From Sminthopsis crassicaudata (lineage: Eukaryota), in NCBI RefSeq assembly GCF_048593235.1, contig NC_133620.1:437253261-437317260 (forward strand): a DNA stretch of 64,000 bases, read 5' to 3'. Below are positions 50,400 to 63,129 of the stretch, one piece after another; the stretch's first letter is position 1; each line of letters begins with the position of its first letter. Under the pieces are notes generated by a model. The model was given only the letters and a program-made list of their open reading frames with translations. It did no database searches and was not told where the DNA came from. The position numbers and the translations under genes are program-made.

Positions 50400-52260
50400 T
50401 CTCTTAAAGACATTCATAAATAATCACAATCACAGAGATTCAAGTTAGGCCTCAGATATAAAGGGAGATAAATAATTATAAACCAACTTATTAGGTCATG
50501 ACAACATAATAATAAATGATAATTCTAACCAAATTAATTTACAGATTTAGTGTCAATCAAAAATGTCTACTTTTAAAAACTAGATAAATCAAGAAAATTT
50601 AGAACAAAAAGTCTAAAATTTTATGGGGAAAGTGAGAAAAATTGTGAATGATGGTTAACTGTTATCAGATTTCAAAAAATATTATTAAGTAGAAATCATT
50701 AAAAACTATTTGGTAATTGTTTGAAAAAAGACTAGCAGAACAGACTAGATGAACAAGGAAATAAAACAATTGAAAATAGAATTCCAATAATAAATAAATT
50801 TAAGAGCATAGATTAGTGAGAAGAGAACTTCCTTTCATCACTATTAATTGGGGCAAGGGGGAAAGTAATTTGGAATAAATTATTTAGGCCAATTTCTTAT
50901 AGCATATATCTCCATAAGCTCCAAATGGATATATGACCCAAATAGAAAAGTTAATATTATTTTTAAAAATAACATAGTATGAGATCTTTCTCATTTATGG
51001 ATAGGGGAATAATTTTTAAACAAACAAGGGATAGTAGAGATCACAAAATAAACATTTTGATTATGCAAAAAACCAAAAAAAATTCTTTTGCATAAACAAA
51101 ATACATAAAGATAGATTAAGAAAAGAAATTGTAGAGTGATGAAATATGCATCAAATATCACGATTACAGTTCAATATCAGAGATATATAAGAAATTGACT
51201 CAAAAATATAATAATACCAATAGCCATTCATTAATATTCTGGTTGTCAAAGGACATTAAGTTTTCACAAGCATCACAAACTATAAATGATCATAGGAAGA
51301 CCTGCTACAAATCACTAACTATAACAAATTCAAATTATTACATTTCTCAGATTTCATGCTATCCCATGCAAATTGGTAAAGATGGCAAAAATGGTAATAT
51401 TAAGCACTTAAAGGACCATGGAATGACAAACTCACTATTGAACTGTTGAAATTGAGATAAATCCAAATGTCCTGCATATCAATTCGGAATTCTGAAAAAA
51501 AGTGATTACCCCATCCAGACCTTTTGACCCAGTGATTTCACTATTAGGCTTATATAAACCCAAAGGAAATTGAAGACAGAAACAAAGTCCAATATTTACT
51601 AAAATATTACCACAAACTTTTTTGTGATAGCAAAGAAATGGAAATAAAGCGTCCGTTATTGAGAAAAGACCATAGTAAAAACAAAACAAAGTAAAAATAA
51701 AAACAACTATTATGTGAATGCAATGGAATATTATGATGTGGGACAGACAGTAGGGAATAATGGAAAAGGTAATCAGAGCAACTGGTATCAGAGAGAACTG
51801 GGATAAAATTCTACCTTAGACATTTACTGTTAGGGTGACCATGGGCAATTCACTTAGGTTTGTCATCTGTCAAATGAAGAAGTACTATTCAATGGCCACT
51901 AAAGTCCCTTCTAGTTCTAACTCCATGATTATAGGAATTTCCAAATAAAAGTCTTTCAGAGAAACTTGGCAAGATTTGTATGACTAATACTGAGTAAAAT
52001 CAGCATAATCAGAACAATATACACAATTCCTATAATGAGATCAGTGAAAGCATCATTAAAAAAGAAATTGAAATCTGAACAATGGAAAAACCAGTGAACA
52101 CATAGAAGAAGAAATAATTAAGCTTCCTCTTACCCCACCCTCTACTTTTCTCACAGCAGAGGAGCAGGAGAAAATGTTATCTACATCATCAGATATTGTC
52201 TTTATGTTGGATGTTTTTGCTTTAATAATCTGTCTAAAGAGAAGGTAATATTTAAAAGAC
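50400..52260 (+). mobile_element. Very old L1 ORF2 relic, antisense to SPAG17, with MIR insertions
   Basis: Degenerate counterparts of the young L1 ORF2 (tcaaaggacattaag.., tttgacccagtgatttcactattaggcttata..); many stops. Confidence 0.65.
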
Positions 52261-54769
52261 CACAAAAAGGTATTTGTGTGAGAAATATCTATGACATAAA
52301 ATAAAAATGCATCAAAAATGTATTATAATCAATGCACTTTTAATGCAAAAGGAGCTCAAAAAACTTTCCAGGCTTTAGACCGAAATGACTTCATCAGTTA
52401 CTCCTGGATGGTAGTAAGTAGTACTGTAATAAATCATCACTTTACAAGTGTCAAAATGACCTCCAAACAACATGCCAGAGTTTTGAATTTGTGTTTGGGT
52501 ACAGTCCAATGCAACGTTGGAGTTCAGAAATCTGTCAGGAGGTGACTTAGTGCCAGATTTTCTTCTCTTGGCTCGTATTAGAAATTCTGCAACTGTCAAT
52601 TATCTAACCACATTAACTATTAGAACAAAATCATGCATGCCATGACTGGTTGGAAGGTGGTCTTTATGCCCCCATCCCTTCAGAAACTCCTGATGACTCA
52701 GCTCCATCTATGCAACTGATTTCTCCCTAGTCACATCTTCCTGGTCCCACCTTATGGTAGGTAAATTTTCATTTACAAATATGTGCCCACCACTGGATTA
52801 AGATTCCAAATATAGTGAGGAATTTGGTGGTCTAATGTTCTTTTAGCAATTTAAATGGTGTTAATTGAACCTGTAGGAGGTAGATTTGGAGATCAATATA
52901 AATAATGGTTTAGCAAGTATGTGTCCAAAAAGGGTTTATCATGATAGGTAGTTATATTTTTGCCACTGGGTTTAGAGTAGGAAAAAAACTTTAGAAACTA
53001 GTGAGTCAAGCCTCTAATTTTATCTTATTTTTTCATTTTGTTATTATTTTTTTGAAGACAAGGACCTAGGATCGAGCCTTAGATAGAACTACAATTAGTT
53101 AGCAAAACATGGATACTCTTCCAGGAAAAAATCATAGTATCATAAAATAAGAAAGGACTTCAGAGGTGACCTAATCTAAACTCTTCATTTTACAGATGAA
53201 GAAACCAATGCTCATGAAAAAAAAAAAAAAAATCACTGATTTGTCTAAGATCATATCTAAGCAAGTCTATATCAGAGGCAGGATTTGAACCTGGATCAAA
53301 TTTAACTCCATAACGTTTTCCACTATACATTAATAAAGCAGAACCGAAATTCAAGTCCTGACTTCAAGTCCAATGGTATTATGGAGACTAGGAAAGAATG
53401 ATCAGAGAGGCATTCAGCACCCGAAGCTTCTAGAGAGAAGATTCAGGATGGTCAGGCAGGATGAGGATTTTAGATTAGAAATTAAGAAGAGATTGGTAAC
53501 TTTGAAGATGGATGAGAGGTCGGGTCAGAAGTCATTTACTAGATATGATATCATTGAAGAATAGGTTGATTGGATCTAAGGATTCAAATAGGAGTGGCGG
53601 AATGCTATAGTAAAAAGATCACTGGATAGCATTAGAGTCAAGAAGAACATGGTTCAAATTCCATCTCTAAGTGTTTATCATTTGGATGGCATAGGCAAAT
53701 AAATTGGTATCCTGCCTCAGTTTCCCTATTTGTCAAATGAAAGTCTAAAAGGTCCTTTTCAATTCCAAATCTATAATTCTATTTCTAAAAAAAATTTGGG
53801 GAGGAAGGACTGGAAAGGCAGTAAAAGACAGATTGTGTAGGATAAGGACTTTAAGTAGGGAAGGATTGTAGAACTGGAAAAACCAAATGATTTTGGAATA
53901 GAAAGAAAATTGTTCAAAGAGGAAAATAGTTTTTCCAAAAGGGAAGAAAGGCATAGTTAGAGAAAAAGAAATAAAAGTTTGTAATAAAGTAGAAGCTAAA
54001 AATAAGAAGACTATTTCCCCCCAGAAGTCCACTGGTCATCTTTCAATAGAAACTGCTGATAGATATGCACTGGGCTTTGAATTGAGGCAGATAGAAAGAG
54101 CTGGCTGACTTCTAGGATCATTATCAAAGGATTATAGATTTGGGACTGGGTGAAACCTTAATGACCATCTTTTCCAAACTCTTGATTTTACAAATGAGGA
54201 AACTGAGTATTAGAGCTGTGAGTGACTTACAAGGAGAAGAATCCAGGTCCTCTCAATCTATCACTCCTTCCACTCTACCATATTGCTTCCTTTACCTCTG
54301 ATAAACTGTGTAGCACTTTCAATGATTTCCAACAATACCCAGACACAGAACTCACTCTTCTGAGCATTGGTATTAACCACAATAATATTTTATACCAGTG
54401 ACCACTATGATCTCAGAAAAAATCAAGAGTTCAGGTGATTCAAAAATCAAGGGAAAAGACCTATGGTGGGTATAAATGGGTTTTGGTATTTTATTAATTA
54501 AAAACTTCTTCATGAAGAAAGGTATAAATGATATCAAAGACATAAGAGATTGGAAAGGAAATGGGTCCATTGTCTTGGGACCAGATTTGGGCATAATAAG
54601 TGTGTGCCTCAAGTTTTTCTCTGATACCTAGAAAAAAATATTAATAGACCTATTTTAAGCCTCTAGCTTTTTGATGAGAATTTTTGTAGAAGATTTATGG
54701 AAGGACACGAAGGAGAGGCCTGGATAATTTATTATCTATATTGCTGGAAGGAGCAGCCACATTTAAAAG

Positions 54770-55270
54770 TTCAGTTATCAAATAAGGCAACAAACATTAA
54801 GAGCCCGTGATATACCAGGAACCATGTGCTAAGCACTGAGGATACAAAAAGAGGCAAAAGACAGTTTCTGCTTTCAAGGAACTCACAATCTAGTGGGGAA
54901 AAGAACTAGCAAAACAAATATGTATAAACAAGCTATATACAGTATAAATACAAAGTAATCAATAGAGAGAAGACACTAGAATTAAGAGGATTTGGGAGAA
55001 GCGTCTAAAGAAGATGGGATTTTAGGTGGGATTTGAAAGAAACTGGGGAAGCCAGGAAGCAAAGATAAGGAGGGAGAGTTTTACCGCTATGAGGAGGAGT
55101 CAGAGAAAATGCTTGAGGAAGAGATGAAGTACTTTGTTCATGGAAATGATGCTAGCATATGTATGTGAGGGTGGGAATGATAAGGAGATTGAAAACATGG
55201 GGAGTCAGAGAATAAACAGGAGATTTTATATTTGATCCTGGAGATACTTGGGAGCCACTGGAGTTTGTTG
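54770..55270 (-). mobile_element. L2 3' relic
   Basis: aaacattaagagcccgtgatataccaggaaccatgtgctaagcactgaggatacaaaaa..tttcaaggaactcacaatctagtgggg. Confidence 0.75.
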
Positions 55271-56081
55271 AGCAGTGGGGTGATATGGTTGTTTTTTTAA
55301 TTTATTGAAAAGAAAGAGGATCTCTACCAACTTGAAAAAAAAAATTCAAGTATGGAAATTGTTGGGAGGTCTGCAATCTTTTATTAGAGAGAATTCTTGT
55401 ATTGTGGAGATTAGAGATCCAGAGAATAATCGTAGTATAAGTATGTCTTTAAGACACAGAAGAGAAATAGATTGGGGTTTGGGAGAGAGAAAGAAAGAAA
55501 ATAGAGCTCACTCAGGAAACCAGGCCAAAAGGAACATTGAGATTATACATAAATTACCTATATCAGATTGCTTGCTATATTGGGGAGGAGGCAAGGAAGG
55601 AAGGGAGGGAGAAAAAATCTGAAACTCAAAAGTCTTATAAAAATGAATTGGAATGCAACTGGAAAAATAAAATGAAATAAAAATAAATAAATAAAAACAA
55701 AACAAAAAAAAATACTATTAAATTGGGGGAAAAGGAACATTGAAATGAGAATAGGCCACAGCAGAGCTAGTCAAATCAAATAAATTTTATAAGGCAATTT
55801 TCTCAAACTTGACAAGGTTGATAACTTTTTCCTCCTATAAACACTGTGTACCATTCTCTACCCCCAGAAGATTGAGACCATTATTATCATGAAGCTCTAC
55901 TATCAAAGGACATAGGAATGGACAAGTAGAGCACCAAGAGTTGCTGCTAATTTGGAATTGCTGCTGTTTTAAGAAAGAGACCCAAATTCCTTTGAATTAA
56001 TATTGGCTATATAACTTTAGGAACTTTTTTTTTCTTCTAGAGTAGACATGAGGGCTGGGTAGGTATCAAAACTGGCCTTAC

Positions 56082-56324
56082 CGGGTATACTTTCTCAATG
56101 ACCACTGGTGGGACAATTTCTTCTTGTTGCTGTGAGGACTTTGACACCTCTTCTTTATTTTTCTCTTTGGAACCGAGTTTCTTTTTAGAAATCTTGCTAT
56201 CTTGTTTTTCCAGCTTTTCTCCTTTCTTTTTCTTTTTGGTAGGTTCTACTTGTCTTTTTTCTAATTTCTTTTCTTCTTTTATGCGCTCTTCTTCTGCTAA
56301 ACGTTCCTGTTCTGCCTTCCAAGC
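56082..56324 (-). CDS. SPAG17: SPAG17 coding exon, AWKAEQERLAEEERIKEEKK..VIEKVYP
   Basis: ggacag|GCT acceptor, CCG|gtaagg donor, 243 nt, phase 0 to 0. Confidence 0.93.
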
Positions 56325-57528
56325 CTGTCCAATAATCACAATTGCAAATTACTTGAACATTTAAGTTGGTAAAACTAAGGTTAATTTTAGAGAACATTAG
56401 GCTTTTCTGGGAAAATGGTAATTAGAAAATGAAGGCTTGATTTTAGAAAATAAAATGGATTCTGGTTATATTTGATCCACTAGATTTTTTTTTTTTTTTT
56501 ACCTCAAAAGGTGTATTGGTCTGGCAGGACATCAGAGTAGCTTGAATATTGGATGTGTTTACAGGGTCCTTACCTTCAAAGTTGACTAGACTTTTTCCCT
56601 TATATTTATTATATCATGGATTGACAATCCTGGGTTTTTGTGGTATTTATAGATTCAATGACAAAAACCTACTGTCTACTGATATGTCACCAATACATAC
56701 AGTTATATTCATAAAATGGGACTACGGAAGACAGGTTGAGGTTGTATTTCCTAGGAGAGTGTCCATTGATTCAACCAATTGATATATGTTAGCTAGTGAA
56801 CCACACCAGTAGGAGGCAATATAGTACAATGAAAAGAGATTTGGGTATGATAGTCAAAGGTTTGGGGTTCAAACTTGACTTTGATACATACGACCTGTGT
56901 GATCTTGGGTGAGACATTTCTTTTTTCCTGTTGCTTTATTTTTTCTTTCAATAAATGGTAATGAGGAAGGCTAAGAAAGGACATGACACTATTTCTTGAA
57001 ATACTTGAAACTCCCTTCTAGTGCTTAAGCAATAATCCTTCCTATTATTGGAAGGCAAGCTATACATTTCCAGGATTTAGCTGGTGGCTACTCTGAATGT
57101 AATCATGACTAGCTATTGGCAGTCTCTATGGGTTTCAGAACTTACTCTAAGTACCACTTACTAATAGTTTTTACTCTTTAGGGATAGAAAGATACCTTAG
57201 AGAAATATAATCACTGAATCAAATTATAAATGAATATCTTATTTTAAAATTGTCACTCATGAAGAATGATATATCTTTTTCTTTAATTTAAGGAGGAATA
57301 ATTTTGAAGAGGGAGAAAAATTTACTAACTTTTCTGACTCTTCCCACCATACTCTGACACTATTTCCTAGACACAATTACCAGTTAAAGGCATTTAACTG
57401 ACCTGCAAATGATCAATTGTCCAAGATCTTAGCCAAAAAATTGGATCTTCCATCACAGTCACCCAACCATTAACTCATTTAGGGTTACAACTTCTTATTA
57501 CTATGTATTTTCCCCTATTTTGGATTAC

Positions 57529-57641
57529 CTTAAGGGAGCCCTCTAGGATAAAAAAATTCTTCTCTTTCTCCTTTTCTTTTTCTTTCTCTTTTTCTTTCTC
57601 TTTCTCTTCATCCTCACTGACGGTTTTACTTCCTTTGGCAC
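57529..57641 (-). CDS. SPAG17: SPAG17 coding exon, (G)AKGSKTVSEDEEKEKEKEKEKEKEKEKNFFILEGSLK
   Basis: atttgtag|GT acceptor, AAG|gtaatc donor, 113 nt, phase 1 to 0; matches recalled human EKEKEKEKIPFILEGSLK. Confidence 0.92.
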
Positions 57642-57837
57642 CTACAAATGGAGAGAATCAAACTCTTAAGTAAATGTCCTGGTTTGAAATAAGAAAAAAA
57701 ATGTCAAAGGTTAAGAGCATTTGAATTGAAGAGGAGGGCATAAATTCATGGGAGATATATCATTGACTTGGCAATTAACAAGAGCAAAAGAAAAATTCAA
57801 AGACTTACATTGAGTTTACAAACCTGAGTCTGTGGAA

Positions 57838-57982
57838 CAGTGGTCCCCAAACTTTTTAAATAGGGGGGCAGTTCACTGTCTCTTAGACTCACACTTTGTC
57901 TCCGCCCCTCAGCCCATTTGCCATAACCCGGCAAGTCCTCAGCTGCAGCATCTGGCCCAAGGCCATAGTTTGAGAACCCCTG
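57838..57982 (+). mobile_element. OC1 (OposCharlie1)-like non-autonomous hAT transposon, 145 bp
   Basis: TIRs CAGTGGTCCCCAAACT / AGTTTGAGAACCCCTG (13/16 match); perfect 8-bp TSD CTGTGGAA at 57830-57837 and 57983-57990; subterminal TTTTTAAATAGGGGGGCAGTTCACTGTC matches my recollection of OC1. Confidence 0.85.
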
Positions 57983-59928
57983 CTGTGGAAGGATAATGAT
58001 GCCTCCAATAGATATAGAAAAATTAGAAGATACAAGAATTTGGGGAAAATTAGAATGAATTATATTTTATACATATTGCATCTGAGATGTTTCAGGTAGA
58101 GAAATCAAGCAATTGGTTGGCAGTGTAATATCAAATTAAGAAGAGAGATGGGATTAAATATTTAGATTTGGAAGTCATATGTAGAGAGATAACAATTGAA
58201 TCCATGTGACAAGTAAAAAGTTTGAGAGACATTTATTTATTATTAATTATTCTATTAATTATGCTAGTGAATAATTAATTTTAAAAATGGTCACTTAGTT
58301 ATCTCTCATAAACCCAAATCTCTGATGGGATCTACTTAATATTTATATGTACTTGGAAGAGTGGGTATTCCTGAAGATGTAATTAACTCTGACTGGCTAA
58401 TAACTAATGAGAGAATGAGTTCTATGAGAGGTGGGTTTATTTTAATAAGGGTCTGGGGGATGTAACATCACTGAGCTTTGAACAAAGAAAGATATCTCTT
58501 CCCAGACTAGCAGAATCTAATCTAGTCGGGTATGATTAGATCAAAACACAATAAACTAGAATCCATCAATTCACCTAAACTAGACTTTCTTTACCTTTTT
58601 ATCAGATCTGAGTTTTCCCAGTTGGATGGGGTATGAACAAGATTGAGGAGAATATTAAATCCAATCTCATTATGAGCCCTATTCTTCAGGGACTGACTTC
58701 TGAATGAGGAAATAGAAAGGGGAAAAAAAAACTTAGTCTTAATTCAATAATTGGTTTTTAAGAAAAAAATAATAATTTCTCTCAGTAGAAAGTAGAAATT
58801 TCATGGAAGTAGAATTAAGAGGACTTGGCAATTGATTGGATGAGGAAGACTGAACACAAGGGGAAATCCAAGACAATGCCAAGGTTTTAAGTATGGGCGA
58901 CTGAATATGTAGTGGAATCTTTATTAGTAAAAAGAAAATCAGGAGGAGGTGGTGGTATGGAGGGAAAGGATGAAGTTCCACAATGGTCATAGAATCATCA
59001 AATTTTAAAACTGGAAGGCTATGCACAGGTGACCTAAGTCAACATGAAAAATATGAATGTCTACCAAATGGTCATTCAGACCCAGACTTTATTTGAATAT
59101 CATGAAGGGGAGCTCACTACATCCTGAAGCAACTCATTTTGCTTCAAAGACATATGGTTTCTTAAGGAAAGATTTTCTTTATTTTGAGATGACATCTGCT
59201 TTTATGTAGCTTCTACTGTTTGATGGTAATTCTGTACTCTGGGGCCAAGCAAAATCAATCTTATCTTTCTTCCACATTAAAATCTTTCCATATTTGAATG
59301 CAATGATAGTATTCCCCTTTTGCTCCACTTCTTAGTATGTGATCTATCTTGCTATCTTATCTTTATCTAGAACTTCTGTCTTAGGCATTAGTCTAGGTTT
59401 TCTGATTATAAAGACAAAATGAAGCAGTTCTTGCCTTCAAGGAGCTTGTACGGGAGTGGGAAAGAAGAGAGGATACAATATTTATATCAAACAATTAGGA
59501 TATACAAAGTAATTTGAAGAGAAGAAGGAAGTGCAGGAGTACAAAGGTGAAGGGAATCCTGGGGAATCAGGAGAGTCCTCAGGTAGGAGACTGCTTAGAG
59601 AGAAGTCTGAATGAAACTAAGAATGCTACGAGTTAGAACTGAGGTATGGCACACGCTTCATTTTTGGTGGAAAATGGAAAACTATGTGAAGGGCTACCAA
59701 GTAGATTTGCTTAGGTGGATTGTGGAGGTCATGAAGGGGAATAATATAAAACAAATCTTGGAAATCTGGCTGGAATAAGATGGTGCAGAGATTTAAGTGC
59801 CAAACTGAGGAGTTTCATTATTATATCATGCCTGAAATCTTATCAAACAGTTAATATTCACTCAAAACAAAAAGTCAGAGAAAATGCCTGAGAATTCAGG
59901 TTTGATTATAATGGAAATAAATATCTAC

Positions 59929-60086
59929 CTTTAGACTTTTTGGAAGAAGTTTCAGATTTTTCAGCAGATGCTTCTAGTTGTGCTATAGCAAGAGCTATTT
60001 CCTCAGCCATTTTCTTTTCCTGATATTTTGCTTCTTCTTGTACAACCCATTCTTGAATAGAGTCAGCTACAAGTTCCAAATAGTTC
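59929..60086 (-). CDS. SPAG17: SPAG17 coding exon, (R)NYLELVADSIQEWVVQEEAKYQEKK..SKKSK(G)
   Basis: cacccag|G acceptor, AAAG|gtagat donor, 158 nt, phase 2 to 1. Confidence 0.93.
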
Positions 60087-60137
60087 CTGGGTGAGGGGAC
60101 AGAATCCAAGAAAAAGTTAGCATTACAAATCAATTTT

Positions 60138-60629
60138 TATTAAAACTTTTTATTTTCAAAACATATGCATTTTCAACATTGATCTTTGCATGGCCTTGTG
60201 TTCCAAATTTTCCTCTCCTTCTCCACACCCCCTCCCTTAGATGGCAAGCAATCCAATGTATGTTATACACGTTAAAATATATATTAAATCCAATATGTGT
60301 AAACACATTGTACAATTATCTTGCACAAGAAAGGAAATAAAATGAATTTTAAAAATGCAAGAAAACAACAACAAAAAGAGAATGTTATATTGTGATACAC
60401 ACTCGGTTCCTACAGTCCTCTCTCTGGGTAGATCATCAAAACATGATTGCATCTGGCCTCAATCATCTCGTTGTTGGAAAGAATTGATTGTCATATAATA
60501 TTGTTGTAGCTGTGTAAAATGATGTCCTGGTTCTACTTATTTCACTAAGCATCAGTTCATGTAAGTCTCTCCAGGGCTCTCTAAAATCATTCTGCTGATT
60601 GTTTCTTATAGAACAACAATATTCCATAA
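60138..60629 (-). mobile_element. 5'-truncated L1 3' UTR fragment, sense to SPAG17
   Basis: Perfect 17-bp TSD CATTACAAATCAATTTT at 60121-60137 and 60630-60646; homologous to 7793-8340. Confidence 0.9.
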
Positions 60630-60851
60630 CATTACAAATCAATTTTAAAGATATCTATACACAACAAACAAATTGACTAGAGATCCTAATGTCCAGAGTT
60701 AAAATTTGAATTTCTAGATATCACCTCTTAGGGGTCACCTCCTCTGTGTGAAAGGTTTTAAATGTTGAAAAGTAAAATATTTAATAACAACATTGTTGAG
60801 CAGAAAAATGTGTGCTTTTCTTCCATTTAATATTTCTCCAATATCTTTTCA

Positions 60852-60917
60852 TATATATATATATACATATATATATACACATACATATATATATATATAT
60901 GTATATATGTATATATA
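60852..60917 (+). repeat. Interrupted (TA)n/(CA) microsatellite
   Basis: Direct observation. Confidence 0.9.
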
Positions 60918-61329
60918 ATATGATTATGGAAAGTCACAAGACCACAGATCAAGAATGGGAAGGAAGCTGGTGGAAGTGACTTTGCCCAAGACCATGCAAG
61001 TCTTTAAAATCTTTAACATAAGAAGTAGGCTTGAAACGAGATCCTTTTCATACCAATGCTAGAGCTTTATTCCCTGAAGACAGTTCTACAAAAATGATGA
61101 ATATCTTTTCAAAAAATATAACCAAGCTTTAAGCAATACCTTTTATTATATGGTAGAGTGAATCCAGGGGAGCTAGGGTATAAAAAGTCATTGAATCCTA
61201 GAGGTTAAAATTTGGTTAATACTAGATTGATGCTTTTGCCTTTCACTTAATGTCTATTTTCTCAAATTCTATTTGAAGCTATAGGAACATCAACATATAC
61301 TATTAGAAATGATGAGCTGATTAATTTTA

Positions 61330-62050
61330 GGAAAAAAACATGGAAAGACTTGGACCTCCAGAGGAAAATGCTACCCATCTAACAAATAGAAATGACAAAC
61401 ATATTTTAGATTTGGGAGTCTATCTATAAAGATAATAATTGAACCTATGAAATAGATGAAAAAAATGAGAGGTAGAATGATGTTCGAGAGACATAGTTTC
61501 TGGGTAATTAATCATTTTATTAGTTATTGCTAGTGGATAGTTGATAGTGATTCTGCCTTGCCTTCAGTCCCCTTCATCCAATCAATTGCCAAATCCTCTC
61601 AATTCTTCTTCCATGGTATCTCTATTTTCTACTGAGAGAAATTATTTCTCTCATATTAATAACCAATTAAGACTAAGATTTTTTTCCATATTTCCTCAAT
61701 CAGAAATCATAACTGACAAATAAAACTATGATTAGCCTGATCTTATATATACATGTATGTGTGTGTGTGTATTTATAGATCTTATATATTCATGTGTAAT
61801 TATAGCTTTATGTAGGAGAGGAGAGAGAAGAAGAGAGAAAAAAGTATACAGCAGAGAACAAAAGAAAACTTGGAAGCACAGAAAAGCTGGGTAGCTTTAA
61901 AACAATAGTGTTTTCTTTTTTAAATAAGCAGGCTGAAATGGAAATGCATTGTTTTATATTGAATTCTTCATGTTCTGCTATGCATATGGAAATGTTATTT
62001 TCTCTCATTTTGTATTTAAGTTTAAAATAAATAAGAAATTAAAAATAAAC
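61330..62050 (+). mobile_element. Old L1 3' UTR relics
   Basis: gaattcttcatgttctgctatgcatatggaaatgttattttctctcattttgtatttaagtttaaaataaataag end; boundaries approximate. Confidence 0.55.
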
Positions 62051-62289
62051 ATCAAAATATAGAATTTGCATTCTAGACTCATCATAACATTCCCCAAGTC
62101 TTTAATCTATGTGGGTCTAAGCAAGCAAATTTATTTTAACATTAATTACAAGAATGGTGACTTAGGCAGTCAACAAAAACTAATTGTTTCCTCCATTTCA
62201 GGCACTATGCTGAGTCCTGGAGAGATATTTCCTTGGAGTTCAAATGCTCATTTCAGGTTAAGGAATAAATTAAACAAACAAAAAAATCA

Positions 62290-62472
<183 letters not shown>

Positions 62473-63129
62473 CTATATCTAAAAACCCTCATATAAGGAA
62501 TATTTAAGAGTAGGAACGATGAGAATAGACGAGTAGACTTTCTAGGAACAATAAGAATAGACGAGTAGACTTTCTTTGGTCAAGGGCAGAGAAGGACATC
62601 AGAAGAAGTAGCTAGTCGTAGAAGTTAGAGGAACAGAAACAGGAAAAAGTCTCCAAGGACACATGTTGGCAAGGACCAGAGAATAGAGATAATGATACTT
62701 TTAATAGTTACTAGCAGGGTTCATATGTTTATTGATCCCCTGCACCTGGGTAAGTTAGAAAAGAGCAAAAGGGTCAGGGAGAGGATAATCAAAGTCAATT
62801 ATCTAATATTTATTCAATTATATAATATTTACTCCTACGTTTAAGATGGTAGAAAAACAAGTGGGTGGGATAAGAACACAGAACCTACCTTTGCCCAGCA
62901 GAGGCAGCAGAGAGGTAGACTGCCTTGGGGTGAATGACCAGAGGTGTATTTTCAGGGCTAAAAACATCTCAGATTTTTATATTAGTAAGAGAAGGCAGTC
63001 TGGTTTTGTGGACAGAACACTAAATTCAAGTCGGGGACCTTGCTGTGCTACTTCCTTATGTGACTGGGGGCAAATAATTGACTCCTCCTATCTAAAATGG
63101 GAAGTAGAGACTAGATGATTTAAATAAGC

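Noticed and set aside
52300-52600. Non-repetitive block with AP-1/CRE-like motifs, possible conserved enhancer
   Set aside because: Conservation cannot be judged from one sequence; short motifs alone are not evidence.
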